A stretch of DNA of 60,189 nt from the IMG/VR virus record IMGVR_UViG_3300037247_001852, positions 1 to 60,189 of that record. One strand, written 5' to 3'. The stretch is from a virus (lineage: Duplodnaviria; Caudoviricetes). The notes under the pieces were generated by a model, which ran no database searches, had not been told where the DNA came from, and saw only the letters and a program-made list of their open reading frames with translations. This document shows, piece after piece, positions 1 to 8,181 of this stretch (the stretch's first letter is position 1; every line of letters begins with the position of its first letter). The position numbers were made by a program, and so were the translations under genes.

Positions 1-1
1 C

Positions 2-382
2 GCCGGCGCGATCTCCTCGCAGAAGTCCGAGGAGACCGGCAAGCCGAAGAGCTGGTGGCGCTGGCCGCTGGTCGTCCTGCTCGTCGTCCTGGCCGTGGTC
101 GCCGTGGTCTGGATCTGGCGGCTCTCGAGCAAGGAGCGGCGCGAGCTCGCCAGGCTGCGCCACGAGAGGAACGTCCTGGAGATCCAGGCCGAGCAGGCGC
201 AGATCGACAGCGCCGTGGCCCGCGACCGCGCGGTGATCGCGGACCGCCGCCGGCTCATCGCCGAGTCGGCCGCGCGAGTCAGGGAGATCGACCGCGAGAT
301 CGCCGAGGGGAACAGACGCCATGACGAAGTGCTTGCCGACATCGATCGCATTCGCGTTGTTGACCTGCCTCGCGGCGACTAG
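2..382 (+). CDS. Membrane-anchored coiled-coil protein, i-spanin (Rz)-like; 5' truncated by window edge
   Basis: Frame open from base 2; TM segment (WWRWPLVVLLVVLAVVAVVWIW) followed by a long helical charged region; overlaps next gene, near endolysin. Confidence 0.55.
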   Translation, partial: AGAISSQKSEETGKPKSWWRWPLVVLLVVLAVVAVVWIWRLSSKERRELARLRHERNVLEIQAEQAQIDSAVARDRAVIADRRRLIAESAARVREIDREIAEGNRRHDEVLADIDRIRVVDLPRGD

Positions 383-815
383 CGCCGCGGACCCGTACCG
401 GCCGAAGGTCGTCCCGCAGTGCGAGGTCTACGACCTGGCCGACGGCCGCGCGGTCTGCGGCTACGTCGTCGAGCAGGCAGACGGGACCGAGACGCTGGAC
501 CAGTGGAAGGAGGTCTTGCGGGTGGACGCCGAGCTCGTCGTCCTCCGGCACCAGGACGGCCTCAGACGCCGCAAGCTCGCGGAGCTGTCCGTTCAGGCGT
601 CCGCGGCCGTCGCCGCTCTGGCGGCCGCTGAGCGCGCCCTCGAGGTCGTCGAGCTCCGCAACGCGGACCTGACCCGTCAACTCATCGAGACGGATCGTAA
701 GTACCAGAACGAGCGGGTGAAACCACGGATCGGCGGGGGCGGGGGCTGGGGCTGGGCCGCCGCGGGCCTGTTCGCGGTCGGGCTCGCCGGCTACGTCGCC
801 GCCGACCAGTTGTAA
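321..815 (+). CDS. Exported coiled-coil protein with C-terminal hydrophobic anchor, spanin-like lysis accessory
   Basis: N-terminal signal-like segment (SIAFALLTCLAATSAA), heptad-like middle, C-terminal GWGWAAAGLFAVGLAGYVAA; overlaps the upstream ORF. Confidence 0.5.
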   Translation: MTKCLPTSIAFALLTCLAATSAADPYRPKVVPQCEVYDLADGRAVCGYVVEQADGTETLDQWKEVLRVDAELVVLRHQDGLRRRKLAELSVQASAAVAALAAAERALEVVELRNADLTRQLIETDRKYQNERVKPRIGGGGGWGWAAAGLFAVGLAGYVAADQL

Positions 816-839
816 GTCCGCAGGCGCTCGTCTAAAGTG

Positions 840-867
840 TTGACTTTATGCGCGGGATAGTTACGAT
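840..867 (+). promoter_or_regulatory. Sigma70-type promoter
   Basis: TTGACT-16 nt-TACGAT in an AT-richer intergenic gap. Confidence 0.65.
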
Positions 868-919
868 CCAAGCATGCGAGTAGGGCGTTCTTCCCCCCAG
901 ACGAAGTCGACGCCAACCT

Positions 920-953
920 GAAAGCCCGGACTAGCTATCCGGGCTTTCGCTTT
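920..953 (+). terminator. Intrinsic terminator-like hairpin
   Basis: GAAAGCCCGGA-ctagcta-TCCGGGCTTTC followed by gcttt. Confidence 0.75.
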
Positions 954-1001
954 GTCAGGGGTCGGTGCTATCTTGCGGGTGCATCGTGAGTTTGCGTTTT
1001 A

Positions 1002-1040
1002 GAACGCCCCGGCCTGACGCTCCGGGGCGTTCGCCTTTTC
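1002..1040 (+). terminator. Intrinsic terminator-like hairpin
   Basis: GAACGCCCCGG-cctgacgct-CCGGGGCGTTC followed by gcctttt. Confidence 0.7.
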
Positions 1041-1064
1041 GGTCCCTGCTACAGTAGGCAAGGC

Positions 1065-1403
1065 GTGGCTGGCAGTATCAGGCTTAGCGAACTCGACGCG
1101 GAGTTTTTCGTTATCGAATCGCCGACCCTGTTTCGGCGCGTCGACATACTCACAGGCTCCAACGGCCTGATGTTTTTATGCCCGAAGTGCTACGCTGAGA
1201 AGGGCGACACGATCGGCGTCCACCGCGTGATCTGCTGGTTCGTCGGCGTAGATCCGGCGATCGATCCGAAGCCCGGCCGCTGGAACCCGTCAGGCACCGG
1301 CATCGACGACATCACCTTCGTCGGCCCGGGCGCGGCGAGCGTGTTGCTGACGGCCGGCTGCCGCTGGCACGGCTTCATCCGCAACGGCGCGGCTACGTTA
1401 TAG
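1065..1403 (+). CDS. Zn-binding protein, DUF6527-like
   Basis: FLCPKC...H...W...SV...C-x2-HGFI-x2-G pattern. Confidence 0.6.
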   Translation: MAGSIRLSELDAEFFVIESPTLFRRVDILTGSNGLMFLCPKCYAEKGDTIGVHRVICWFVGVDPAIDPKPGRWNPSGTGIDDITFVGPGAASVLLTAGCRWHGFIRNGAATL

Positions 1404-1410
1404 TACAGCG

Positions 1411-1659
1411 ATGGCCCAGAAGCGGTTTGACTGCGCGCCGAACGACGAGAAGTGGCCGGCGCGCGGTCAGTGGAAGCGCGTGAAGATGTTCGACGACACG
1501 ATCACGGCGCGCCTCAAGTGCCCCGACTGCGGTTGCATCGCGTTGCTGACCGGTCACGAGATCGCCGCGGGCGGCGCGGTAACGCCGAGCGTCGACTGCC
1601 CGCGTCCAGACTGCGACTACCATGAGTCCGGCGTAATACTCGTCGGCTGGCTCGACTAG
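1411..1659 (+). CDS. Small Zn-ribbon protein, DUF6527-like
   Basis: CPDCG...VTPSVDCP...C-x2-H; TATAGT 6 nt upstream of ATG. Confidence 0.55.
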   Translation: MAQKRFDCAPNDEKWPARGQWKRVKMFDDTITARLKCPDCGCIALLTGHEIAAGGAVTPSVDCPRPDCDYHESGVILVGWLD

Positions 1660-1692
1660 CAGTCGTCCCGTCCCGCAGCGTATTATCGCTCG

Positions 1693-1947
1693 GTGGCAGA
1701 CGACGTGCTGGAGAAGCTGACCGTGAGCGTGCTGGAGGGCAGGGTCGGGGTCGAGGAGTCGTGGCGTACCAAGGACGCCCGAGGGAAGGTGGCCCGCTGC
1801 GCGCTCCGCTGGGCCGTGGGGGAGCTCGACGACGACGAGGCGCTCGCGCTCGTAGGAGAGCTGATAGACGCGGCCGAGCCCGACGGGGTAGCATCGGACG
1901 ATGGCGGCGAGGAAGTGGAAGCATTGGCCAAACCAGTCCGGCGATAG
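1693..1947 (+). CDS. Hypothetical protein
   Basis: TATTAT 6 nt before GTG; typical codon usage; overlaps endolysin start. Confidence 0.5.
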   Translation: MADDVLEKLTVSVLEGRVGVEESWRTKDARGKVARCALRWAVGELDDDEALALVGELIDAAEPDGVASDDGGEEVEALAKPVRR

Positions 1948-2779
1948 CCCGCTCGCCCAGCGCCTCGACGACGACGTCGACGACTTCCGCGGCGGCCGCG
2001 AGCGGACGAAGAAGAAGCCGGTGTCGCGGCTCGTCATCCACATGACGGGCCGGACGATCGTCGGCAGCGCGATCAAGGAGGGGCTCGACCCGATCGAGAA
2101 GTGCCTATCGTACTACACGACGAAGCTGACCAGCTCCCACTTCCTCCAGGGCTTCGGCGGCGAGCTGTGGCAGATGACCGACGAGCGCATCCGCGTCGGG
2201 CACGTCAACACGAACGACGGCACGAAGTTCGAGCGGCCCCTCTACCTGGACGGCAGCTGGGCTCGAGGCGCGCCCGGCGAGAAGGGTGACGTGATCTCGC
2301 CGTTCACGGTCAAGACCTGGAAGAGCTATTGGCCGCACTACAAGTCGCCGCAGCATTTGTTCCCCGGCTTCTCGGTCAACGACACGTCGGTCGGCGCCGA
2401 GAACATCCCGTGCTTGACCGGGTCGACGTACCTGGCCGAGCCGCTCCGCCCGGGCCTGTGGCACACGGCCGCGCAGCACGTGGGGATGGCGCTGCTCGCG
2501 TGCGACCTGGCCGATCGCTGGAGCTGGCTGGGCCAGTGGTGGCGTGACCCGAAGGGCGGACCGCGCGCGCCGACCCTGCCCGGGCACGAGGACGTCGATC
2601 TCTACGGCCGGGCACAGAAGAGCGGCGGATGGGATCCGGGCGCGCTACGGACGGCGCCGCGCTGGGACTGGCCGTTCGTGACGAACATGATCGTCCTGCG
2701 GCTCACCGTCGGCGAGCATCTCGGGTTCCTGCGCCGGGCGGCCGACGTCGTCGGCAGGACCGCGGTCGCGCTGTTCTAG
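1901..2779 (+). CDS. Endolysin, N-acetylmuramoyl-L-alanine amidase (Amidase_2 family)
   Basis: LVIHMT, SSHF...GELWQ, GHV, N-x2-SVGAE, GHEDV and WDPG Zn-amidase motifs in the expected order. Confidence 0.85.
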   Translation: MAARKWKHWPNQSGDSPLAQRLDDDVDDFRGGRERTKKKPVSRLVIHMTGRTIVGSAIKEGLDPIEKCLSYYTTKLTSSHFLQGFGGELWQMTDERIRVGHVNTNDGTKFERPLYLDGSWARGAPGEKGDVISPFTVKTWKSYWPHYKSPQHLFPGFSVNDTSVGAENIPCLTGSTYLAEPLRPGLWHTAAQHVGMALLACDLADRWSWLGQWWRDPKGGPRAPTLPGHEDVDLYGRAQKSGGWDPGALRTAPRWDWPFVTNMIVLRLTVGEHLGFLRRAADVVGRTAVALF

Positions 2780-2783
2780 GTCG

Positions 2784-3101
2784 CTAGTATTCCGAGCACG
2801 CGACCACGCGCGGCGCGGTGTTGCGCTTCCACTCGTCCAAGAGCGGAACCTCCGCGTTCTCGTCCTCGTCGAAAAACGTCTGCTCGCGCGCTTCGTTCTG
2901 GTCCAGGACCTCGGCGGAGAGCTCGTCGTCCCACGGCAGGCCGTCGAGGTGGTCACCCTCCGCGGCGAGCACGATCGCCTGCACGTGGTTGCGGGCCGAG
3001 ACGGTGATGGTCACGTTTCCGCCGAAGGTGATGGTCCAGAGCATGGTCCCGTGATCGAGCGATCGCCGGGCGCCGTTGAGGTCGATTCCGTAGTCGGTCA
3101 T
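2784..3101 (-). CDS. Hypothetical protein
   Basis: ATG at 3101 with AGGAAAGGGA RBS; MTDYGIDLNG... Confidence 0.7.
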   Translation of the reverse strand: MTDYGIDLNGARRSLDHGTMLWTITFGGNVTITVSARNHVQAIVLAAEGDHLDGLPWDDELSAEVLDQNEAREQTFFDEDENAEVPLLDEWKRNTAPRVVACSEY

Positions 3102-3115
3102 TAGCTGTCCCTTTC

Positions 3116-3499
3116 CTAACTCGGTCGCCCGCCCCAGACCTCGCCGCGGTACTGTCCCAGCAGCGAGACTAGGTTGTCGACCGCGCGCGGCGACTTGAAC
3201 CGCAGCGCCATCGGCGGCAGGCCCGCCATGTTCAGGATGAAGTGGATCTGCGTCGCGGGGATCGTTCCCGGCACGGGGTGGGGGCTCCACGCGCAGACGT
3301 TGTAGCCCTCGAAGTAGCGTGTGCTCTCGGGCTCGGTGCTCGGCGGCAACTCGACCCGCTCGGTGCTCGGGCCGATCGCGACGTCGGCCGCGGTGATCGC
3401 CTCCTCGACGCGGCCCTCCTGCAGCATGTCGCGGACGTTCCTGAGATTGAGCCGTAGGTCATGAACTTCGCGCTTCCAGTCGTCGCGTGACTTCTTCAT
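3116..3499 (-). CDS. Hypothetical protein
   Basis: Tightly packed in leftward operon. Confidence 0.7.
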   Translation of the reverse strand: MKKSRDDWKREVHDLRLNLRNVRDMLQEGRVEEAITAADVAIGPSTERVELPPSTEPESTRYFEGYNVCAWSPHPVPGTIPATQIHFILNMAGLPPMALRFKSPRAVDNLVSLLGQYRGEVWGGRPS

Positions 3500-3501
3500 G
3501 T

Positions 3502-3819
3502 CTAGTCACCGATGTCGATGTTGTTGAGCAACAGCAAGGCGTACTTGCAGCCTAAGCTGTACTGCCATCCCGGCGCGGTGAGCGTCCACACGGTATTCCC
3601 GCCTGGTTCGTCGTCCGCTGTCGCCGCGCGCTCTTTGATGTACCCCGCTTCTATGAGGCGGTTCAGCTGCTCCGTCAGGCGCTCTCTGTTTTTGTGGTTG
3701 TCGGGCCAGCCAAGATCGCTCCCCAGCATCGTCTTCGTGACGCCGCCCGGCCATCGCCGAAGAACCGCGGCGACGACGACGTACAGCGCGTCGTTGACGC
3801 CTATCTTTCGAATCTTCAT
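3502..3819 (-). CDS. Winged-helix DNA-binding protein
   Basis: LxxLIEAGYI...WTLTAPG wing motif; ATG overlaps upstream stop. Confidence 0.6.
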   Translation of the reverse strand: MKIRKIGVNDALYVVVAAVLRRWPGGVTKTMLGSDLGWPDNHKNRERLTEQLNRLIEAGYIKERAATADDEPGGNTVWTLTAPGWQYSLGCKYALLLLNNIDIGD

Positions 3820-4088
3820 AGTCCTAGCCCCCCCATCCCCGGCAACTCCGCCTGCCGCTCCTCGAGGCGAGCGTGCGGCGGGCAGAGGTCGCGGTCGGGC
3901 CCGACGTTCTTCGCGCACCGCGCGCACATCGGCCGGTCGCAGGTCTTCCCGTTCTTGAGCACGTAGTCGCAGAGCTTGCTCGCCGGCCGGTCGCAGTTCG
4001 CGGTCGAGCAGGAGCGCCGACGTTTGCCGCGTGAGCACACGACTCCAATGAGGTTGCCGTCATCGTCACGGAACTCTTCGCAGGGCAT
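3816..4088 (-). CDS. Cys-rich Zn-finger protein
   Basis: C-x4-C, LCDY, CDRPMCARC, DLCPPH. Confidence 0.7.
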   Translation of the reverse strand: MPCEEFRDDDGNLIGVVCSRGKRRRSCSTANCDRPASKLCDYVLKNGKTCDRPMCARCAKNVGPDRDLCPPHARLEERQAELPGMGGLGL

Positions 4089-4291
4089 CAGGCGGTCCGC
4101 CGTTTCCGCGCGGCCCGCCGCTCAGCCTGACGCTTCGCCGCGATGTCGCGGAGTCGTTTTTCCGCGAACTTGACGAGGATCTTCGTCGTGCGCGTGTCGC
4201 GCAGCCCGCGCTCCGTTCGCCGCGCCGGCTTGCCGCCCTTGTAGCGGCCCGGGTAGCTGATGCGGCCCTTCTTCTTGTCTCGTCGTCTCAT
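4088..4291 (-). CDS. Small basic hypothetical protein
   Basis: GAGGAGG RBS; stop/start coupled to the next gene. Confidence 0.55.
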   Translation of the reverse strand: MRRRDKKKGRISYPGRYKGGKPARRTERGLRDTRTTKILVKFAEKRLRDIAAKRQAERRAARKRRTA

Positions 4292-4301
4292 CCTGTCCTC
4301 C

Positions 4302-4637
4302 TCAAAACGGTATCATGCTGGTGTCGAGCCGGTGGTCCTCCCACCGCTTCTGCGTGGCGGCGATCGCGCCGCCGAGCCACGCCGTCCGTCTCACCTTCTC
4401 CTCCTTCGTGCGACCGCGGAAGAACCCCTTGGAGCCGGTGCGCTGCTGATGGTGATGACGACAGAGCGGAATCGTTTCGCGGTCGGGACACTTGTGAGAG
4501 TACGCCCGATCGCCAGCGTGGTCGGCCTCGCGCCATGGGCCTCCGTCGCAGTCGCCGAGGTGGCGCAGCAGGCAGGGCTGCTGCTTGACCCACTCCATGT
4601 ACGCGAAGTCGCGCTCACGCTCGGAGTACTTTGTCAC
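4302..4637 (-). CDS. Ref/DUF968-like HNH-fold nuclease
   Basis: YMEWVKQQPC...EADH...KCPD..TIPLCRHHH. Confidence 0.7.
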   Translation of the reverse strand: MTKYSERERDFAYMEWVKQQPCLLRHLGDCDGGPWREADHAGDRAYSHKCPDRETIPLCRHHHQQRTGSKGFFRGRTKEEKVRRTAWLGGAIAATQKRWEDHRLDTSMIPF

Positions 4638-5505
4638 AGGTTCTCACGTTGTGGCCGACCCCGAGCTCGCCGCAACCGCTGCAGCGCCGCGATCCGGCGG
4701 TCCGCTTGACGCACCCGCAGTCGTCCGCGGTCAAGCAGCACTGGCCGCAGATCGCGCGCGGCTTCGTCGGCCGGTCCTCGGGCATCAGGCCGCCGACGCC
4801 GCGACGATACAGTCCCCGGACGACGCGGCCGACGTGAGGGTTGTAACAGTCGAAGTACGCCGCCACCGCGTTGTAGCTCTCGCCGCCGGCGACCAGCGAC
4901 AGCATCTCGTCGCACTCCTCGACGCCGAACCGGTGCTTGTCAACCGCCCTCCAGCCGCTGCTGCCGTGCCGCGGCGGACGCGGCACGCCGGGCTCGCGGT
5001 AGTTGTAGCCGTTAGCGACCCCGTAGATCGCGCCCTGGCTCACGCCGTAGCGCTCGGCCAGCGGCATCAAGTTCAGCTTGGCCGCGCGCCTCTTGCGGAT
5101 CACCGTCACCTGTCGCGGGCTCAGCTTGGCGTGGGACCGCGCGAGCGGGCTCGCACGTAGCGCGTCGGAGAGCCGCTGCCGGGCCACCTCGGAGACGATC
5201 AGGCCGTGCCCGGACAGGACGAGATGGCGCAGGCACCGATGGTTACCGCACGACCGCTTGACGTCGAGCCCGTCCGGGACGAACTCGCGCCGGTGCCAGC
5301 GGACGAACATCCAAACCACGCGCTGGACGGACTCGAGCCAGTAGTGGCCCGGGACGCAAACGCGGACTTGAGGAGTAGCGCCGTTGAGCGGCCCAGTCCA
5401 TTCGATGCAGTCGCCGACGGTCCGGGTCCGCGCCATGATGCGCGCGGGCGCCGTCCCCCATCCGTGGACGGCGATCAGTTCGCGCCAGTTGCCCGGTCTC
5501 GCCAC
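4615..5505 (-). CDS. Degenerate HNH endonuclease-like protein with HTH and C-terminal Zn knuckle
   Basis: CIEWTG...QRVVW...VKRSCGNHRCLRHL; AKLS...LAERYGVSQGAI; CSGCGELGVGHNVRTC. Confidence 0.65.
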   Translation of the reverse strand: MARPGNWRELIAVHGWGTAPARIMARTRTVGDCIEWTGPLNGATPQVRVCVPGHYWLESVQRVVWMFVRWHRREFVPDGLDVKRSCGNHRCLRHLVLSGHGLIVSEVARQRLSDALRASPLARSHAKLSPRQVTVIRKRRAAKLNLMPLAERYGVSQGAIYGVANGYNYREPGVPRPPRHGSSGWRAVDKHRFGVEECDEMLSLVAGGESYNAVAAYFDCYNPHVGRVVRGLYRRGVGGLMPEDRPTKPRAICGQCCLTADDCGCVKRTAGSRRCSGCGELGVGHNVRTCDKVLRA

Positions 5506-5509
5506 GGCC

Positions 5510-7084
5510 CTACTTCTTGGCCCTGGTCTTCTTCGCCGCCGGCTTCTTGGCCTTGGCCTTCTTCTTCGGCTTGGCGGCGGCCTTCTTCTCGTCGGCGATC
5601 TCCTTCTCGATCGCGAGGACGTCGACGCCCAGGTGCTCGCACGCCGTGATGAACTCGCTGCCGTAGCCCTTGTAGCCGAAGTCGTGGAACCAATCGAACA
5701 GCGCGCCCTCGAGGATGTACTTGAGTAGCTTGTAACCGTCGGGCTCGGACAGGAGCGACCTGGCGAAGTCCTTCTCCTTCTCGTCGTGAAGCTGGGCGAC
5801 CTCGGTATGGTGAGCCGAGTTGCCCAGGTACGCGAGCACCTGCAGCAGCTTCGAGTCTTTCCCGAAGGTCGTCGTCGCGGCCTTGAGGCCGAGTTGCTCG
5901 ATGATCTTCTTCGCCGTCTCCTTCTTGATCAGTCGGGTCTTGCGCGCCTGCTTGCCCTGCGCCGCCGGCGACGTCGCCTTCTTCTCGGTCTTGACGAGGC
6001 CGACCTTTCGCAGCGCTCGCTCGGCGGCCTTACGGTTCACCAGTCGGCGCGGCGAGCCGCCCGGGTCCTTCGCGAGCGTGATCTCCGGCAGGGCGTCGCC
6101 GAGCAGCTTCGCCCAGCTCTTGTTGAGGTTCTTGTCCTTGAGGCGGTAGTCGACCGTCTCAGCGTCGGCGTCGACGAAGCCGCTATTGTAGGCGAGGCCA
6201 TAGTAGCTGTCGGCCCCTCCGTGATGATAGGCGTTGAACGCGTCCTTGCTGTCCTTCACGCCGAGCACCTTGAGGCCGTCCTTCCGGGCCGCCGCGGACT
6301 TGATTTTCCACGCGGCGGCTGCCTTGTCGGCCCAGCACTTCGGGTCGAGGCACAGGTCGTCGCGCTTCTTGATCTCGCCGAACAACTCGCGCTGTTGGCC
6401 GGTCCGCTCGGGGCAGGACGCGCACGACTTCATCTTCGGCACCAGGCCGCCGTCGGCGACGTCGAACGGAGCCGACCGCAGATCGAGCATGTACTCGCGG
6501 CGCACGAGCCGGCGCGCCTCGTCGACGTCGATCGGCATGTGACGGTTGGTCATGTCGTCGGCCGCCTTCTTCTGCAGCTTGGGGTCGGGGATCCGGGCGA
6601 TGACGAACGCGACCTCGGCGCCGAACTTCCCCCCGACGAACATCTTGCGGACCGGCTTGGCCAGCGACAGCAGCTTCGTCCGCGAGCGCACGTACTCCTG
6701 CTCGCAGCCGCGCCGGTTGGCGATGTCCTCGACCGAGAGCTTGCGCTCGAGGAGCTGGCCGAACAGCTCGGCCTCGTCCATCGGGTGCATGTCCTCGCGC
6801 TCGATGTTCTCGGTGATCTGCGCGTCGATGACGTCGTCGTCCGTCATCCTGCAGACGATGACCGGCAGCTTCGGGATCCCGGCCTCGACCGCGGCGGCGA
6901 GCCGGCGGTGTCCGAAGACGAGCTCGTAGTAACCGTTGACCTTGCGGACGCGCAGCGGCTGGAGAACGCCCTCGCGCGCCAGCGATTCTCCGAAGGTCTT
7001 GAGGTTCCCGTAGTGCTCGCGCCGGTTGAACGGCGACGGCCTGAGCTCCTTGACGTCGACTAGTTCGAGTTCTCCGTAGTTCAT
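5510..7084 (-). CDS. ParB/RepB/Spo0J family protein (long form)
   Basis: SPFNRR, GVLQPLRVR, YELVFGHRRL, ENIEREDMHPMDEA, HTH, CxxCP...C Zn motif; ATG at 7084 with RBS. Confidence 0.9.
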   Translation of the reverse strand: MNYGELELVDVKELRPSPFNRREHYGNLKTFGESLAREGVLQPLRVRKVNGYYELVFGHRRLAAAVEAGIPKLPVIVCRMTDDDVIDAQITENIEREDMHPMDEAELFGQLLERKLSVEDIANRRGCEQEYVRSRTKLLSLAKPVRKMFVGGKFGAEVAFVIARIPDPKLQKKAADDMTNRHMPIDVDEARRLVRREYMLDLRSAPFDVADGGLVPKMKSCASCPERTGQQRELFGEIKKRDDLCLDPKCWADKAAAAWKIKSAAARKDGLKVLGVKDSKDAFNAYHHGGADSYYGLAYNSGFVDADAETVDYRLKDKNLNKSWAKLLGDALPEITLAKDPGGSPRRLVNRKAAERALRKVGLVKTEKKATSPAAQGKQARKTRLIKKETAKKIIEQLGLKAATTTFGKDSKLLQVLAYLGNSAHHTEVAQLHDEKEKDFARSLLSEPDGYKLLKYILEGALFDWFHDFGYKGYGSEFITACEHLGVDVLAIEKEIADEKKAAAKPKKKAKAKKPAAKKTRAKK

Positions 7085-7190
7085 GATCCTGTCTCTCCGT
7101 GGTGTGAAGGGGAAGGTGGAGCCACCGGGCGGTGTAGAGGTGCCCGGCGGCTCCGGTTGTCGGAGGGACAACCCCGACAACGAACTTGTA

Positions 7191-7358
7191 TCACTCGCCC
7201 AGCAGTGCGAGCAGCCGTCGAGTCATCTCTTTCGCCTCGAGCGCGACGGCGTTCGCCGACAGGTCGTGGCCGCAGTTCCTCAGCAGCGCGACCGTCTCCA
7301 GCCGTCCCTGGATCGCCGACGGTAACCCCTGGGCCCTCTTGAGCTCCGCGTCCGTCAT
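7191..7358 (-). CDS. Hypothetical protein
   Basis: ATGA overlap with upstream gene; MTDAELKRAQ... Confidence 0.55.
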   Translation of the reverse strand: MTDAELKRAQGLPSAIQGRLETVALLRNCGHDLSANAVALEAKEMTRRLLALLGE

Positions 7359-7708
7359 GCCCGCCGGATCGGGATGCGGGCCTGCGTGGCGCCGGGCACG
7401 TCGACCGTCGCGCGCTCGGCGTCCGTGGCGTCCCGGTCGGCTGAGCGCGCGACCAGGCGGAGCCGGTCGAACTCGACGTCGACGCAGTCGACCGAGCGAG
7501 TCCCGGTCTTGCGGTCGCGCCGGACCTCCGTGAAGGCGTCGGCCATCGGGTGGGCCTGGAGGGCGCCGAGCTCCTCGCGGTCCAGGTCGACGATCTTCAG
7601 CTCCGCGCGCAGCCACGCACCCGACTTGAGGCGGACCCTCTTGCAGTGGGCGTCGATCGCACCCACGACGTGAATCAACCCGTTGACGGTGTTGACCGGT
7701 GTAATCAT
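7355..7708 (-). CDS. Hypothetical protein
   Basis: AAGGAGGGA RBS before ATG at 7708. Confidence 0.7.
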   Translation of the reverse strand: MITPVNTVNGLIHVVGAIDAHCKRVRLKSGAWLRAELKIVDLDREELGALQAHPMADAFTEVRRDRKTGTRSVDCVDVEFDRLRLVARSADRDATDAERATVDVPGATQARIPIRRA

Positions 7709-7748
7709 CTGTCCCTCCTTATTCCGGCGATACCGGAAAAGTATCCCA

Positions 7749-7777
7749 GCGCTATGACGGTTGTCTAGCCTTGTCAA
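7749..7777 (-). promoter_or_regulatory. Possible sigma70 promoter
   Basis: TTGACA-17 nt-TAGCGC; perfect -35, weak -10. Confidence 0.4.
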
Positions 7778-7794
7778 TTTCCGGGCTTCCATCG

Positions 7795-8181
7795 CTACGC
7801 CTCCGTGCTGGCACGCTCCCTCGCGACCCAGAGATCCCAGAGAATCCGCGCGTCCTCGTCGTCGGCGATCAGCCGCGCGAAGGCTACGAGCCCGGCGGCC
7901 GTCAGCTGGCCGCCCGCTCCGCCCCGGTCGTGGCAGCGGGACGCGAGCGCCTCGCTGACCCGGACCTCCTCATCACGCTGACGCGTGAGTTCGCTCTGTC
8001 CCTCAGCGTTGATCACGACCCTGACTCGGCGATTCTGCCGCTCACCGATTTCCTCCATGACATCGATGAGTCCGAGCTCGGCGAGTCGCTCGAGAACCAC
8101 GACCGGTCTAGACGGGATGCCTCCCTGGGGGCCGAGGTTCTTGACGGCTCGGAGCGCGATGGTCTGCTCGTGGTTGATCAC
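7795..8181 (-). CDS. Winged-helix-like protein
   Basis: LERLAELGLI...INAEG wing pattern. Confidence 0.55.
   Translation of the reverse strand: MINHEQTIALRAVKNLGPQGGIPSRPVVVLERLAELGLIDVMEEIGERQNRRVRVVINAEGQSELTRQRDEEVRVSEALASRCHDRGGAGGQLTAAGLVAFARLIADDEDARILWDLWVARERASTEA

Noticed and set aside
5786-7063. Long antisense and alternate-frame ORFs (also 13308-14570, 18458-19918, 21876-23216, 25619-26677, 46498-47883, 48252-49721, 59035-60141)
   Set aside because: Shadow ORFs of high-GC genes; they overlap genes with clear motifs and give R/A/G/P-rich or motif-less translations
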